Shown piece after piece: positions 1 to 8,998 of a stretch of 41,519 nucleotides of DNA (position 1 is its first letter; the number at the start of each line of letters is the position of its first letter). The position numbers and the translations under genes are program-made. Source of the DNA: an uncultured Clostridia bacterium. GTDB lineage: Bacteria; Bacillota; Clostridia; Oscillospirales; Acutalibacteraceae. The stretch is from assembly GCA_946042285.1 (NCBI GenBank), contig CAMGDK010000001.1:1-41519 (forward strand), written 5' to 3'. Below the pieces are notes generated by a model, which saw only the letters and a program-made list of their open reading frames with translations, did not search any database and was not told the DNA's origin.

Positions 1-15
1 GTACAGCTATATAAC

Positions 16-56
16 AAAGCAGTCATTTCTAACGATAAAAGAAATGGCTGTTTTTT
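16..56 (+). terminator. Rho-independent terminator for a gene ending left of or at the window start
   Basis: Inverted repeat AAAGCAGTCATTTCT / AGAAATGGCTGTTTT (with G-U pairs) followed by a T run. Confidence 0.75.
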
Positions 57-91
57 GTTACTTTTAGTGTATTTTATTTCCCCGGAGATTT

Positions 92-136
92 TTCGTAATC
101 AATAGGCCGTCGGTTCAAGTCCGATCACCAGCTCCA
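92..136 (+). mobile_element. 3' half of tRNA-Thr(CGT); probable att junction (attR-like) of an integrated element
   Basis: TT-CGT-AA anticodon loop, TCAAT 3' anticodon strand, T arm GTCGG-TTCAAGT-CCGAT, acceptor strand CACCAGC-T-CCA. No D arm or 5' acceptor strand upstream. Confidence 0.8.
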
Positions 137-170
137 AAAAAGGACTGATGGTTTTCCATTAGTCCTTTTT
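136..170. terminator. Bidirectional intrinsic terminator following the tRNA fragment
   Basis: AAAAAGGACTGATGG-TTTT-CCATTAGTCCTTTTT. Confidence 0.85.
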
Positions 171-375
171 AGTTAATATATTTTTATTTTCGTAGTTCTC
201 TCTTGAGTTGCCATGAACATCGCAAATGACTAAATGATGTGTTGAGAATGCTGAAATCAAAAAATTGCGGCACTAATTCATCACCGATACCGTTATACTT
301 AATAATAAATCAGTTCTCAACTGTCAAAAGGTAAAGAATTAGTAAATATAAGCTTATCAAATAACTATTTGTGCA

Positions 376-405
376 TTGACATAATTTACAAAGCTGTGAT
401 AAATT
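376..405 (+). promoter_or_regulatory. Putative sigma-A promoter for the GH4 gene
   Basis: TTGACA (376-381), 18-bp spacer, TG-n-TAAATT (397-405). Confidence 0.4.
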
Positions 406-441
406 ATATTAGTAATAGGTATATCAACGGAGGATTTTATA

Positions 442-1806
442 ATGAAAATAACAGTAATCGGCGGTGGCGGAGTCCGCTCAATGTTCTTGGCGAAAAGCAT
501 TGCACAAAAGGCGAAACGCCTGCATATTGACGAGCTTTGCTTTATGGATAACAACAGTGAAAAATTAAGAATATACGGCGGTATGGCTAAGCATGTTGCA
601 AATCTTCTTTGCCCTAATCTTGAATTCAGCCTGACAACAGATGCGGTAGAGGCTGTTAAAGACGCTGATTATGTTATCACAACAATCCGTGTAGGTGAGG
701 ACGATATGCGTGCAAGGGATGAGCGAATCGCACTTAACAAAGGTGTTCTCGGGCAGGAGACGACAGGCGCGGCAGGATTTTCTTTTGCCATGCGCAGTAT
801 TCCCGCACTTGCCGAATACTGTGAGCTTATAAAGAAATATTCAAAGCCTGATGTTAAGGTGTTTAATTTCACAAATCCTGCCGGTGTCGTTTCTCAGGCT
901 TTGAGGGATATGGGATATGACTTTACCTACGGTATTTGCGATGCGCCGTCAGGTATGCTTCGCTCGTTTGCACTTTTGTATAACGAAAGTCCAAACAGCA
1001 TTTCGGGCGAGGTTTACGGACTTAATCATCTGTCATATTTCAAGAGCATTACTCTCAACGGCAGAGATATTATGAATGACCTTATTGAAAATGATGAGGC
1101 GTACGCTAAAACCGATATGCGCTATTTTGAAAAGGAGCTGTTGCGTGACCGAAAGAGTATTTTAAACGAATACCTTTACTATTTTTATTATCGCGAAAAG
1201 GCGGTTGAAAACATTTTAAATGCACGGCAAACCCGCGGCGAGCAAATCAGAGATATAAATATAAGCATGACTGCCGAGCTCTCAAAAATGGATATTGAAA
1301 ATGATTTTGAAGGTTGCCTTGAGGTGTTTAATAAATGGTATGGCATGCGTGAGGGTAGCTATATGGCGAGCGAAACAGGCGAAAGGCGCACAACACCTTG
1401 GCATTTTGATATTTACGAGGAGGACGACGGCGGCTACGCAGGTGTGGCACTTAAGTTTATTGAAACTGCACAAAGCGGTGAAAAAGGTACAATGATTATG
1501 TGCATACCAAACGAAGGATCAATCGAAGGTCTTAATGACGATGATGTTGTTGAAATTACCTGTGATGTTGACAAAAACGGTTGTACTCCTCATCATATCG
1601 GTAAGGTGGACGAGCAAAATTTTGAGATTATTCGCAGAGTGAAAATATATGAGCGTCTTTCATCAAAGGCTATCAGGGAAAGGGACAAGGCGTCTGCCGT
1701 GCAGGCACTTATGCTTCATCCGTTGGTTAATTCATATTCCTTGGCAAAGGAGCTTGTTGATGAGTATATTGCTCACAATAAGGATTACATTGACGGCTGG
1801 AATTGA
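442..1806 (+). CDS. Family 4 glycoside hydrolase (NAD+/Mn2+-dependent, 6-phospho-glycosidase-like)
   Basis: N-terminal KITVIGGGG Rossmann motif, GQETTGAAG, NFTNP, GICD, GLNH, ALMLHPLV; GGAGG RBS. Confidence 0.92.
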   Translation: MKITVIGGGGVRSMFLAKSIAQKAKRLHIDELCFMDNNSEKLRIYGGMAKHVANLLCPNLEFSLTTDAVEAVKDADYVITTIRVGEDDMRARDERIALNKGVLGQETTGAAGFSFAMRSIPALAEYCELIKKYSKPDVKVFNFTNPAGVVSQALRDMGYDFTYGICDAPSGMLRSFALLYNESPNSISGEVYGLNHLSYFKSITLNGRDIMNDLIENDEAYAKTDMRYFEKELLRDRKSILNEYLYYFYYREKAVENILNARQTRGEQIRDINISMTAELSKMDIENDFEGCLEVFNKWYGMREGSYMASETGERRTTPWHFDIYEEDDGGYAGVALKFIETAQSGEKGTMIMCIPNEGSIEGLNDDDVVEITCDVDKNGCTPHHIGKVDEQNFEIIRRVKIYERLSSKAIRERDKASAVQALMLHPLVNSYSLAKELVDEYIAHNKDYIDGWN

Positions 1807-1896
1807 GCGGAATTTGAATTGATTTAGTTGATGTTACCTGTTTTTACATATTTTGCAGGAATTTATGTTTATAATGCCTGTGGGATGTGTAAAAAT

Positions 1897-3969
1897 ATGA
1901 ATGTTAAAGCAAGAAACAGAAAAAAATTAAAGATAAAATTTAACAAAAGCAGTGCAGAGTTGAATTCTGCTTTGCCGTGGTTAAAGAGAATCGGTTGGGG
2001 GATAATCGCCTTTTTTATGAGCTTTTCGTCGCTCGTGGGAGGCTGTTGTCCCTTTGCTGTTTCGCTGATTACCGCATCAAGCAAAATGAATGTTGCATTT
2101 GCCGCAGTCGGAGCAGGCATCGGATACATATTTTTTTGCGATGATGAGCAGGCGATAAGATATTTCAGTGCCGTAATTATATCTTCGATCTCGACATTTA
2201 TAATGACGATTCTTAACAACAAAAAGGATGCCGTATTGCCTATGATTATTTCGGCGCTGTCTGTGATGTCAACAGGCTTTGTTATGAATTTAAGGCTTGG
2301 CGCAGGTGCAGGTGAGTATGCACTTATGCTTGGTGAGAGTGTGCTTGCAGCAGGAGGAAGCTATTTTTTCTATAAAGCAGTTAGCTGCGATATGCGCCGA
2401 CTGAAGCTTAAGGCATTATCGGTCAGTGATTTGACCTGTGTGTTGATTTCCTCGGCAGTCGTTTTGTCCGGATTGTCCTTCGTGCAAATCAAAGGAGTAT
2501 CTCCGGCAAGGGTGGTTGCGGTATTTGCAATATTGTCAACGATTCGCTACGGCTCGCAGCGCTGGTCAATGATTGTTGCACTGTGTCTTGGATTTGCTTT
2601 AGGTATCAGCAGGGAGAACAGCCTTTTTCTTTTGGGAGCCTATGCTTTTTCTGCCTTGCTTTCAAGCTTGTTCACATCGTTTTCAAGTCTTGGCGTGGGT
2701 GTCAGCTATTGTTTATCAATGACATTTTTTGCAATAGCAGCCAATATGGGCAGCTTTTCCGTATGCTGTGTGGTTGAAAGCATTATCGCGTCTGCCGTGC
2801 TTGTTTTGCTTCCTGATATTGTTGCCGACAGGCTAAACGAGCTTTGGGAGGGAGGTGCGGATATTGCACCCGAGGGCAGCCTGCGGCAAAGCCTTGTCGT
2901 GCGACTTCGCCTTGCATCCTGCGCAATAGCACAGGTCAGTGAAAGTGTAAGGGATGTCAGGGAGCGAATAAACAGCATTGGAAATGTAAATCCGGTTGAC
3001 AGCGAGCTGAGAATGGTAGCCTCCGATCAGTTCTTTTCCATTTCGGAAATGCTTGAGGATTTAGCCTTTGAGTTTGACGAGGCGGAAAGCTTCGATTGCA
3101 GGTCGGCAGGTAAGATCAGAAGAATGCTTGGTGAGTATAACATCTACCCCGAAAACATCTCTGTAATAGTTGATAAATTCGGCAGATACAGGATCGAGAT
3201 ACTTGCACCAAAGGGTACAAAGGGACTTGATAATCCAAAGGTCAGGGGAGAGCTTTGCAAAATATGCAAAAGAGAGCTTGACACACCGAAAATCAGCTTT
3301 TCTTCGGCAGGTGTTGTGATGATTTGCACGGAAAAGCCTAATTTCAAAATGAGCATCGGATTCTCGCAGTATTGTGCAGAGGGCAAGCTTTGCGGAGATA
3401 CAATTAAGACTATAAATGACAGCCGAGGTCATACGATTTTGATAATAAGCGACGGCATGGGTAAGGGCAGTCGTGCTGCACTTGACGGTGCTATGGGCGC
3501 AGGACTTTTGTCAAAGCTGCTTTGTGCCGGCTTTGGATTTGATGCTTCTCTCAAGGTTGTCAACAGTGCGCTGCTTGTTAAAAGCAGTGAGGAAAGCCTT
3601 GCTACACTTGATTGCGCAAGCATTGATTTGTTCACGGGTAAATGTGAATTTTACAAGGCGGGCGCACCGAAATCGTATATTTTGAAAAACGACAGGCTCA
3701 CTAAATGCGAGCTTTCATCAATGCCGGCGGGAATTTTAAGGGGAATTGAGTTTGCAAAGCGTACAACGGTTTTGTGTGCAGGTGATGAGCTTGTGATGCT
3801 GTCGGACGGTGTTACGGACTCCGGCGATGAATGGCTCGATGAGTTTATTGAAGACTGTAACGCAGCGAGCGCTCAGGAAAAGGCACAGGCAATCTTGGAG
3901 CAGGCGGTCGAGCATGGCGACAAAAATCATTTGGACGACATGTCGGTTATAGTTGCCAGATTGATGTAA
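1897..3969 (+). CDS. spoIIE: Stage II sporulation protein E (multi-pass membrane PP2C phosphatase), central domain shortened
   Basis: Long hydrophobic N-terminal region; C-terminal PP2C motifs CGD, ISDGMGKG, ATLD, KAGA, SDGV, DDMSV. Start moved to ATG 1897. Confidence 0.85.
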   Translation: MNVKARNRKKLKIKFNKSSAELNSALPWLKRIGWGIIAFFMSFSSLVGGCCPFAVSLITASSKMNVAFAAVGAGIGYIFFCDDEQAIRYFSAVIISSISTFIMTILNNKKDAVLPMIISALSVMSTGFVMNLRLGAGAGEYALMLGESVLAAGGSYFFYKAVSCDMRRLKLKALSVSDLTCVLISSAVVLSGLSFVQIKGVSPARVVAVFAILSTIRYGSQRWSMIVALCLGFALGISRENSLFLLGAYAFSALLSSLFTSFSSLGVGVSYCLSMTFFAIAANMGSFSVCCVVESIIASAVLVLLPDIVADRLNELWEGGADIAPEGSLRQSLVVRLRLASCAIAQVSESVRDVRERINSIGNVNPVDSELRMVASDQFFSISEMLEDLAFEFDEAESFDCRSAGKIRRMLGEYNIYPENISVIVDKFGRYRIEILAPKGTKGLDNPKVRGELCKICKRELDTPKISFSSAGVVMICTEKPNFKMSIGFSQYCAEGKLCGDTIKTINDSRGHTILIISDGMGKGSRAALDGAMGAGLLSKLLCAGFGFDASLKVVNSALLVKSSEESLATLDCASIDLFTGKCEFYKAGAPKSYILKNDRLTKCELSSMPAGILRGIEFAKRTTVLCAGDELVMLSDGVTDSGDEWLDEFIEDCNAASAQEKAQAILEQAVEHGDKNHLDDMSVIVARLM

Positions 3970-3986
3970 TATATATAAAATAATGC

Positions 3987-4014
3987 TTGACTTTTTCGTT
4001 AAGTGTGGTATTAT
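3987..4014 (+). promoter_or_regulatory. Sigma-A promoter of the rimP-nusA-infB operon
   Basis: TTGACT-16 bp-TATTAT with extended -10 TG. Confidence 0.7.
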
Positions 4015-4042
4015 AAACACGGTAAGTTTATTAGTCTCAAGT

Positions 4043-4078
4043 GAGAGTGGACCTCGGGTCCGCTCTCTTGTTATTATT
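4043..4078 (+). promoter_or_regulatory. rimP leader hairpin (attenuator-like)
   Basis: GAGAGTGGACC-TCG-GGTCCGCTCTC followed by TTGTTATTATT, between the promoter and the RBS. Confidence 0.6.
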
Positions 4079-4092
4079 AGGGAGGTTTTTGT

Positions 4093-4587
4093 TTGGCAGG
4101 AAAGAACAGTACAGTTGAGCGTGTATATGAAATAGTCGAGCCTTACGCAAAGGAGCTTGGACTTGAGCTTTGGGATGTAAGATTTGCCAAGGAGGGCTCC
4201 GATTGGTACCTTAGAATATTCATCGACCGTGAAGGCGGAGTTTCGATTGACGATTGTGTTGATTTAACACATGCAATCACAAAGCCGCTTGACGATGCGG
4301 ATCCGATTAAGCAGAGCTATACTCTTGAGGTCAGCTCGCCCGGCATAGAAAGAGAGCTTATTACCGACGCTCACTTTAACAGGTATATCGGTGCAAGGGT
4401 TATGCTGAGGCTTATAAGACCGATTGATAATGTGAGGGACTTTGCAGGCACTCTTGAGGGCTATGATAACGGCTTGATTTCATTTAGAACGAAGGATGAT
4501 AGACTTCTTGAAATTAACAGGAAGGACACATCTTATGTTAAGCTTGACGACTTCAACTTTGAAGATTTCAACGCAGAGCTTGACTGA
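4093..4587 (+). CDS. rimP: Ribosome maturation factor RimP
   Basis: LRIFID, SIDDC, YTLEVSSPGIER motifs; TTG start after GGAGG; operon context. Confidence 0.96.
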   Translation: MAGKNSTVERVYEIVEPYAKELGLELWDVRFAKEGSDWYLRIFIDREGGVSIDDCVDLTHAITKPLDDADPIKQSYTLEVSSPGIERELITDAHFNRYIGARVMLRLIRPIDNVRDFAGTLEGYDNGLISFRTKDDRLLEINRKDTSYVKLDDFNFEDFNAELD

Positions 4588-4642
4588 TTATAATAAACAG
4601 AAATTCACAAAGAATATATATGTTGAAAGGATGATAGGAAAA

Positions 4643-5698
4643 ATGAGTAAGGAATTTTTTGAAGCGGTTAGGCTTATCGCAGCGGAGAAGGGTATTACCG
4701 AGGAATATCTTTATGACAGGATTTCTGCGGCAATCATCGTAGCTGCAAAGCACGATTACAACGGAAAGGATATTGTTCACTGTGACATTGATCCCGACAA
4801 GCAGAAAATAAAGGTTTATGTCAGGAAGAATGTTGTTGAAGAAATTGAAGACGAGGATACGGATTTAACACTTGAGCAGGCACAGGCTATTCGTAAGTCT
4901 GCAAAGCTCGGCGGTACAATCGATATTCCTCTTAAGACAAAGGATTTCGGCAGAATTGTTGCACAAACAGCAAAGCATGTTATCCGTCAGGGCATTCGTG
5001 AGGCTGAAAGAGGTCAGCTTATCGAAGAATTCAAATCAAAAAATCAGGAGCTTATCACTGCAAAGGTTGACAGGATTGATCCGATTACAGGTAATGTAAC
5101 TCTTGAAATAGGCAAAAATCAGGCTATTCTTCCAAAGGCTGAGCAGGTTCCGGGCGAGGTGTTTGTTGAGGGATCAAATGTTAAGGTGTTCGTTGTTGAT
5201 GTTAAGGAGTCTGCAAAGGGACCGAAGATTATGATTTCAAGAACTCATCCTGCACTCGTTCGTCGTTTATTTGAGCAGGAGGTTCCTGAGATTTACGACG
5301 GCACAATTGAGATTAAGTCGGTTTCAAGAGAGGCAGGCTCAAGAACAAAGGTTGCCGTATTCTCAAAGGACGAGGATGTTGATCCGGTAGGTGCTTGTAT
5401 AGGACCTCGCGGTCAAAGAGTCAGCGACATTGTTGAAGTTCTCGGCGGAGAGAAAATTGATGTTGTAAAGTACAGTGAGGACCCTGCAGAGTTCGTTAGC
5501 GCCGCACTTGCACCATCGGATGTTTGCGGTGTTGAAATTCTTGAGGAGGAAGCAAAGTCATGCCGTGCAACAGTGCCGGATGATCAGCTTTCGCTTGCTA
5601 TCGGCAATAAGGGACAGAATGTTCGTCTCGCTGCAAAGCTTACAGGCTGGAAGATAGATATTAAGCCTGAATCAGGATTTTTTGAAGGAACCGAATAA
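4643..5698 (+). CDS. nusA: Transcription termination/antitermination factor NusA
   Basis: FGRIVAQTAK, EVPEIYDG, REAGSRTKVAV, AIGNKGQNVRLA; start adjusted to ATG 4643. Confidence 0.97.
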   Translation: MSKEFFEAVRLIAAEKGITEEYLYDRISAAIIVAAKHDYNGKDIVHCDIDPDKQKIKVYVRKNVVEEIEDEDTDLTLEQAQAIRKSAKLGGTIDIPLKTKDFGRIVAQTAKHVIRQGIREAERGQLIEEFKSKNQELITAKVDRIDPITGNVTLEIGKNQAILPKAEQVPGEVFVEGSNVKVFVVDVKESAKGPKIMISRTHPALVRRLFEQEVPEIYDGTIEIKSVSREAGSRTKVAVFSKDEDVDPVGACIGPRGQRVSDIVEVLGGEKIDVVKYSEDPAEFVSAALAPSDVCGVEILEEEAKSCRATVPDDQLSLAIGNKGQNVRLAAKLTGWKIDIKPESGFFEGTE

Positions 5699-5700
5699 TT

Positions 5701-5973
5701 ATGAAGGCAAAAAAAATACCTTTAAGAATGTGCAAGGGCTGTGGCGAAATGTTTGATAAGCGCACTTTAGTCAGGGTTGTAAAAAGCCCGGAGGGTGATG
5801 TTTCACTCGACTTGACAGGTAAAAAGTCAGGCAGGGGTGCTTATGTTTGCAAAAACGCCGAGTGTCTTGCAAAGGCAAGAAAGAAAAAAGCGTTTGAGCG
5901 TGAGTTTTCAATGCAAATCAGCGAGGAGATTTACAATCAAATGGAAGAAGAAATGAAAAATGCACAAGGATAA
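5701..5973 (+). CDS. ylxR: YlxR/RnpM family RNA-binding protein (DUF448)
   Basis: PLRMCKGC and GRGAYVC motifs; follows nusA. Confidence 0.95.
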   Translation: MKAKKIPLRMCKGCGEMFDKRTLVRVVKSPEGDVSLDLTGKKSGRGAYVCKNAECLAKARKKKAFEREFSMQISEEIYNQMEEEMKNAQG

Positions 5974-6274
5974 GGTTTTATCAATGCTCGGTCTGGCGAG
6001 GAGAGCAGGCAGGCTTTCCATGGGACACGATATGGCTCAGCAGGCATTACTGAAAAACAGGGCAAGGCTGCTGTTGATTTGCAGTGATGTGTCGCCGAGG
6101 CTTGTTAAGGAGTTTCAAAAAACAATGGAGCTTCACAGCATCAATATTCCGTTTTTTCAGACCGATATTACAATAGAAGAAATACATTTTTTTGTCGGAT
6201 ACAAAGCAGGAGTGCTTACTGTTGATGACGAAAATTTTTCAAGTAGGATTATTTCATTATTAGAATCAGATTAG
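5960..6274 (+). CDS. ylxQ: L7Ae-family RNA-binding protein YlxQ
   Basis: LSMLGLARRAGRL motif; lies between ylxR and infB. Confidence 0.9.
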   Translation: MHKDKVLSMLGLARRAGRLSMGHDMAQQALLKNRARLLLICSDVSPRLVKEFQKTMELHSINIPFFQTDITIEEIHFFVGYKAGVLTVDDENFSSRIISLLESD

Positions 6275-6281
6275 GAGGAAT

Positions 6282-8648
6282 ATGCCAATGGTAGTTAAGG
6301 TTAGAGTTTCCGATATTGCTAAAGATTTTGGAAAGAATAACAAGGACATCATAAATATTCTCAGTGAGTATTGCGGAGAACCGGCTAAAAAGGCAAATAC
6401 GGTTCTTGAACCGAATGAGCTCGATATTTTGCTTGATAAGCTTACTGCTGATAACAGCGTAAAAAGCTTTGATGACTACTTTGCAGCAGGCAACACTGCA
6501 AGCAAGCAAAGCAAGGCAAAGGCAGAAAAGCCAAAGGAGAAGAAGCCGGAGAACAAGAAGCATCAAAATCAGGCTGCTATTCTTCAAATGGCAGAGCAGG
6601 CTGCAAAAAGAGCAGAGGAAAAGGCAAAGAAAAAGGCTAATCAGGCGCCTCAGGCAAGAACAAAGGGTGAGGCTCGCCGTGTAGATACTCGTGTTAACAC
6701 TGTTGATCTTGAAAAGTATAATCAAAAGTACGAGGATATTGCACCTGCTTCACAGATAAACGATTATCAAAAGAAGCAGAAGCTTAATCAAAAATCAAAG
6801 CAATACAGAAAGAAGAAGCCACAGGGCATGCACGCCCGCTCAAAGAAGGAGACGGAGGCACAGCGCCTTGCCCGTATTGCAGAGCAGAGAAAGAAGCAGC
6901 AAATCAAGATTACAATTCCGGATGAAATTACGGTTGGCGATCTTGCAAATCTTCTTCGTATGACTGCTACCGAGGTTATCAAAAAGCTCATGATGCTTGG
7001 CGTAATGGCAACTGTTAACGAGGTTATCGACTTTGACACAGCAGAGATTGTTGCTACCGAGCTTGGCGCAAAGGTTGAGCGTGAGGTTGTCGTTACTATC
7101 GAGGATCGTATTATCGAAGAGGAAATCGAGAACGACGAAAACGCAGTTCAAAGACCTCCTGTTGTATGTGTAATGGGCCATGTTGACCACGGTAAGACAT
7201 CAATCCTTGACGCTATCAGAGATACATCTGTTACATCGACAGAGGCAGGCGGAATTACTCAGGCAATCGGTGCTTATCAGGTTAAGGTTAACGGTGAAAC
7301 AATCACATTCCTTGACACACCGGGCCACGCAGCATTTACCGCCATGAGAGCAAGAGGTGCCATGGCAACCGATATTGCAGTGCTTGTTGTTGCAGCTGAT
7401 GACGGTATCATGCCGCAGACGGTTGAGGCTATCAATCATGCAAAGGCAGCAGGTGTTGAAATCATCGTTGCAATCAATAAGATGGATAAAGAGGGCGCAA
7501 ACCCTGACAGAATTATGCAGCAGCTTACAGAGCATGAGCTTGTTCCTGAGGAATGGGGCGGCGATGTTATCTGCGTTCCCGTATCTGCAAAGACCGGTAT
7601 GGGCATTGACAAGCTTCTTGAGACAGTTCTTCTCGTTGCCGAAATGGCAGAGCTTAAGGCTAATCCGGACAGATCGGCAAAGGGTGTCGTTATTGAGGCA
7701 AAGCTTGACAAGGGCAGAGGTCCCGTTGCAACACTTCTTGTTCAAAACGGCACTCTTAATGCAGGCGATATTCTTGTTGCCGGCACATCGGTAGGTAAGA
7801 TTAGAGCCATGACCGATTACAAGGGTAATCCCGTTACAAGTGCAGGTCCGTCTGTTCCTGTTGAGATTATGGGACTTGACAGTGCACCTATGAGCGGTGA
7901 TGAGTTCAATGCAGTTACAGATGAAAAGCTTGCAAGAGCGCTTGTTGAGCAGAGAAAGACTGCCGCAAAGGAAGAGGAGTTCAAGCTCTTCCAGAAGGTT
8001 ACTCTTGATACTCTCTTTGATACAATCCAAGAAGGACAGATGAAGGAGCTTAACATCATAATTAAGGCAGATGTTCAGGGCTCCGTTGAGGCTGTTAAGC
8101 AGTCACTTCTTAAGATTGAAAACGACGAGGTTAATGTAAAGATTGTTCACGGTGCAGTCGGTGCGGTTAATGAGAGTGATGTAATGCTTGCTTCCGCTTC
8201 AAATGCTATTATCGTTGCATTTGCTATCGGCGTAGATCAAATTGCTGCCGACAACGCACAGCGTGACGGTGTTGAAATTAAAACATATAACATTATTTAT
8301 GATGCAATTGAAGATATTGAAAGAGCTATGAGAGGCATGAGAGCGCCTAAATACCGTGATGTTGAAACAGGTGAGGTTGAGGTTAGAGAGGTTTACAAAA
8401 TCTCCTCTGCAGGTACTATTGCCGGTTCACTTGTTACAAGTGGTACAATTAAGCGCGACGGTAAGGTAAGACTTATCAGAAACGGTAAGCAGCTTGCCGA
8501 TGTTAAGCTTGCAAATCTCAAGCGCTTCAAGGACGAGGTTAAGGAGGTTTCTTCAGGCTACGAGTGCGGTATCAGTCTTGAGGGCTGGGACGACATTCAG
8601 GCAGGAGACATTCTTCAGGCTTATATTGTTGAGGAATACAGGGATTAG
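6282..8648 (+). CDS. infB: Translation initiation factor IF-2
   Basis: [32 protein letters not shown] motifs. Confidence 0.99.
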   Translation: MPMVVKVRVSDIAKDFGKNNKDIINILSEYCGEPAKKANTVLEPNELDILLDKLTADNSVKSFDDYFAAGNTASKQSKAKAEKPKEKKPENKKHQNQAAILQMAEQAAKRAEEKAKKKANQAPQARTKGEARRVDTRVNTVDLEKYNQKYEDIAPASQINDYQKKQKLNQKSKQYRKKKPQGMHARSKKETEAQRLARIAEQRKKQQIKITIPDEITVGDLANLLRMTATEVIKKLMMLGVMATVNEVIDFDTAEIVATELGAKVEREVVVTIEDRIIEEEIENDENAVQRPPVVCVMGHVDHGKTSILDAIRDTSVTSTEAGGITQAIGAYQVKVNGETITFLDTPGHAAFTAMRARGAMATDIAVLVVAADDGIMPQTVEAINHAKAAGVEIIVAINKMDKEGANPDRIMQQLTEHELVPEEWGGDVICVPVSAKTGMGIDKLLETVLLVAEMAELKANPDRSAKGVVIEAKLDKGRGPVATLLVQNGTLNAGDILVAGTSVGKIRAMTDYKGNPVTSAGPSVPVEIMGLDSAPMSGDEFNAVTDEKLARALVEQRKTAAKEEEFKLFQKVTLDTLFDTIQEGQMKELNIIIKADVQGSVEAVKQSLLKIENDEVNVKIVHGAVGAVNESDVMLASASNAIIVAFAIGVDQIAADNAQRDGVEIKTYNIIYDAIEDIERAMRGMRAPKYRDVETGEVEVREVYKISSAGTIAGSLVTSGTIKRDGKVRLIRNGKQLADVKLANLKRFKDEVKEVSSGYECGISLEGWDDIQAGDILQAYIVEEYRD

Positions 8649-8650
8649 TT

Positions 8651-8998
8651 ATGGCAGGTTTTCATATTGACAGAATAACTGAGGACATTAAAAGAGAGAT
8701 TATATCCATTATCAGAGAGCTAAAGGATCCGAGAATCAATCCAATGCTCACCGTAGTAAAGGTTGATGTCAGCGGTGATCTCAGCTATGCAAAGGTTTAT
8801 ATCAGTGCAATAGAAGGCATTGATGCTGCAAAGGAGTCTGTAAAGGGACTCACAAGTGCACAGGGTTATATCAGGAAGCAGCTTGGCTCAAGACTTCATT
8901 TAAGAAAGAGTCCCGAGTTAAAGTTTATTGCTGATGACTCTATCGTTAAGGGTATGGATTTATTTGATAAAATCAAGGAATTAAGCAATGAGAATTAG
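8651..8998 (+). CDS. rbfA: Ribosome-binding factor A
   Basis: KDPR, DLSYAKVY, LRKSPELKF motifs; follows infB. Confidence 0.97.
   Translation: MAGFHIDRITEDIKREIISIIRELKDPRINPMLTVVKVDVSGDLSYAKVYISAIEGIDAAKESVKGLTSAQGYIRKQLGSRLHLRKSPELKFIADDSIVKGMDLFDKIKELSNEN

Noticed and set aside
60-136. Intact tRNA-Thr gene
   Set aside because: No 5' acceptor strand (GCTGGTG), D arm or 5' anticodon strand; only the 3' half is present.
357-554. 65-aa minus-strand ORF
   Set aside because: Overlaps the GH4 start and promoter in antisense; no family features.
4496-4642. N-terminal extension of NusA in the ORF track (likewise the extensions of spoIIE, BMP, ABC ATPase, pyrB, pyrI and the ligase)
   Set aside because: These overlap upstream genes or promoters; downstream ATGs fit the family starts better and most have a plausible RBS.
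7200-8030. 276-aa antisense ORF inside infB, and similar antisense or alternate-frame ORFs in carB, the BMP genes and the permeases
   Set aside because: Shadows of strongly biased codon usage in real genes; no RBS or recognisable motifs.
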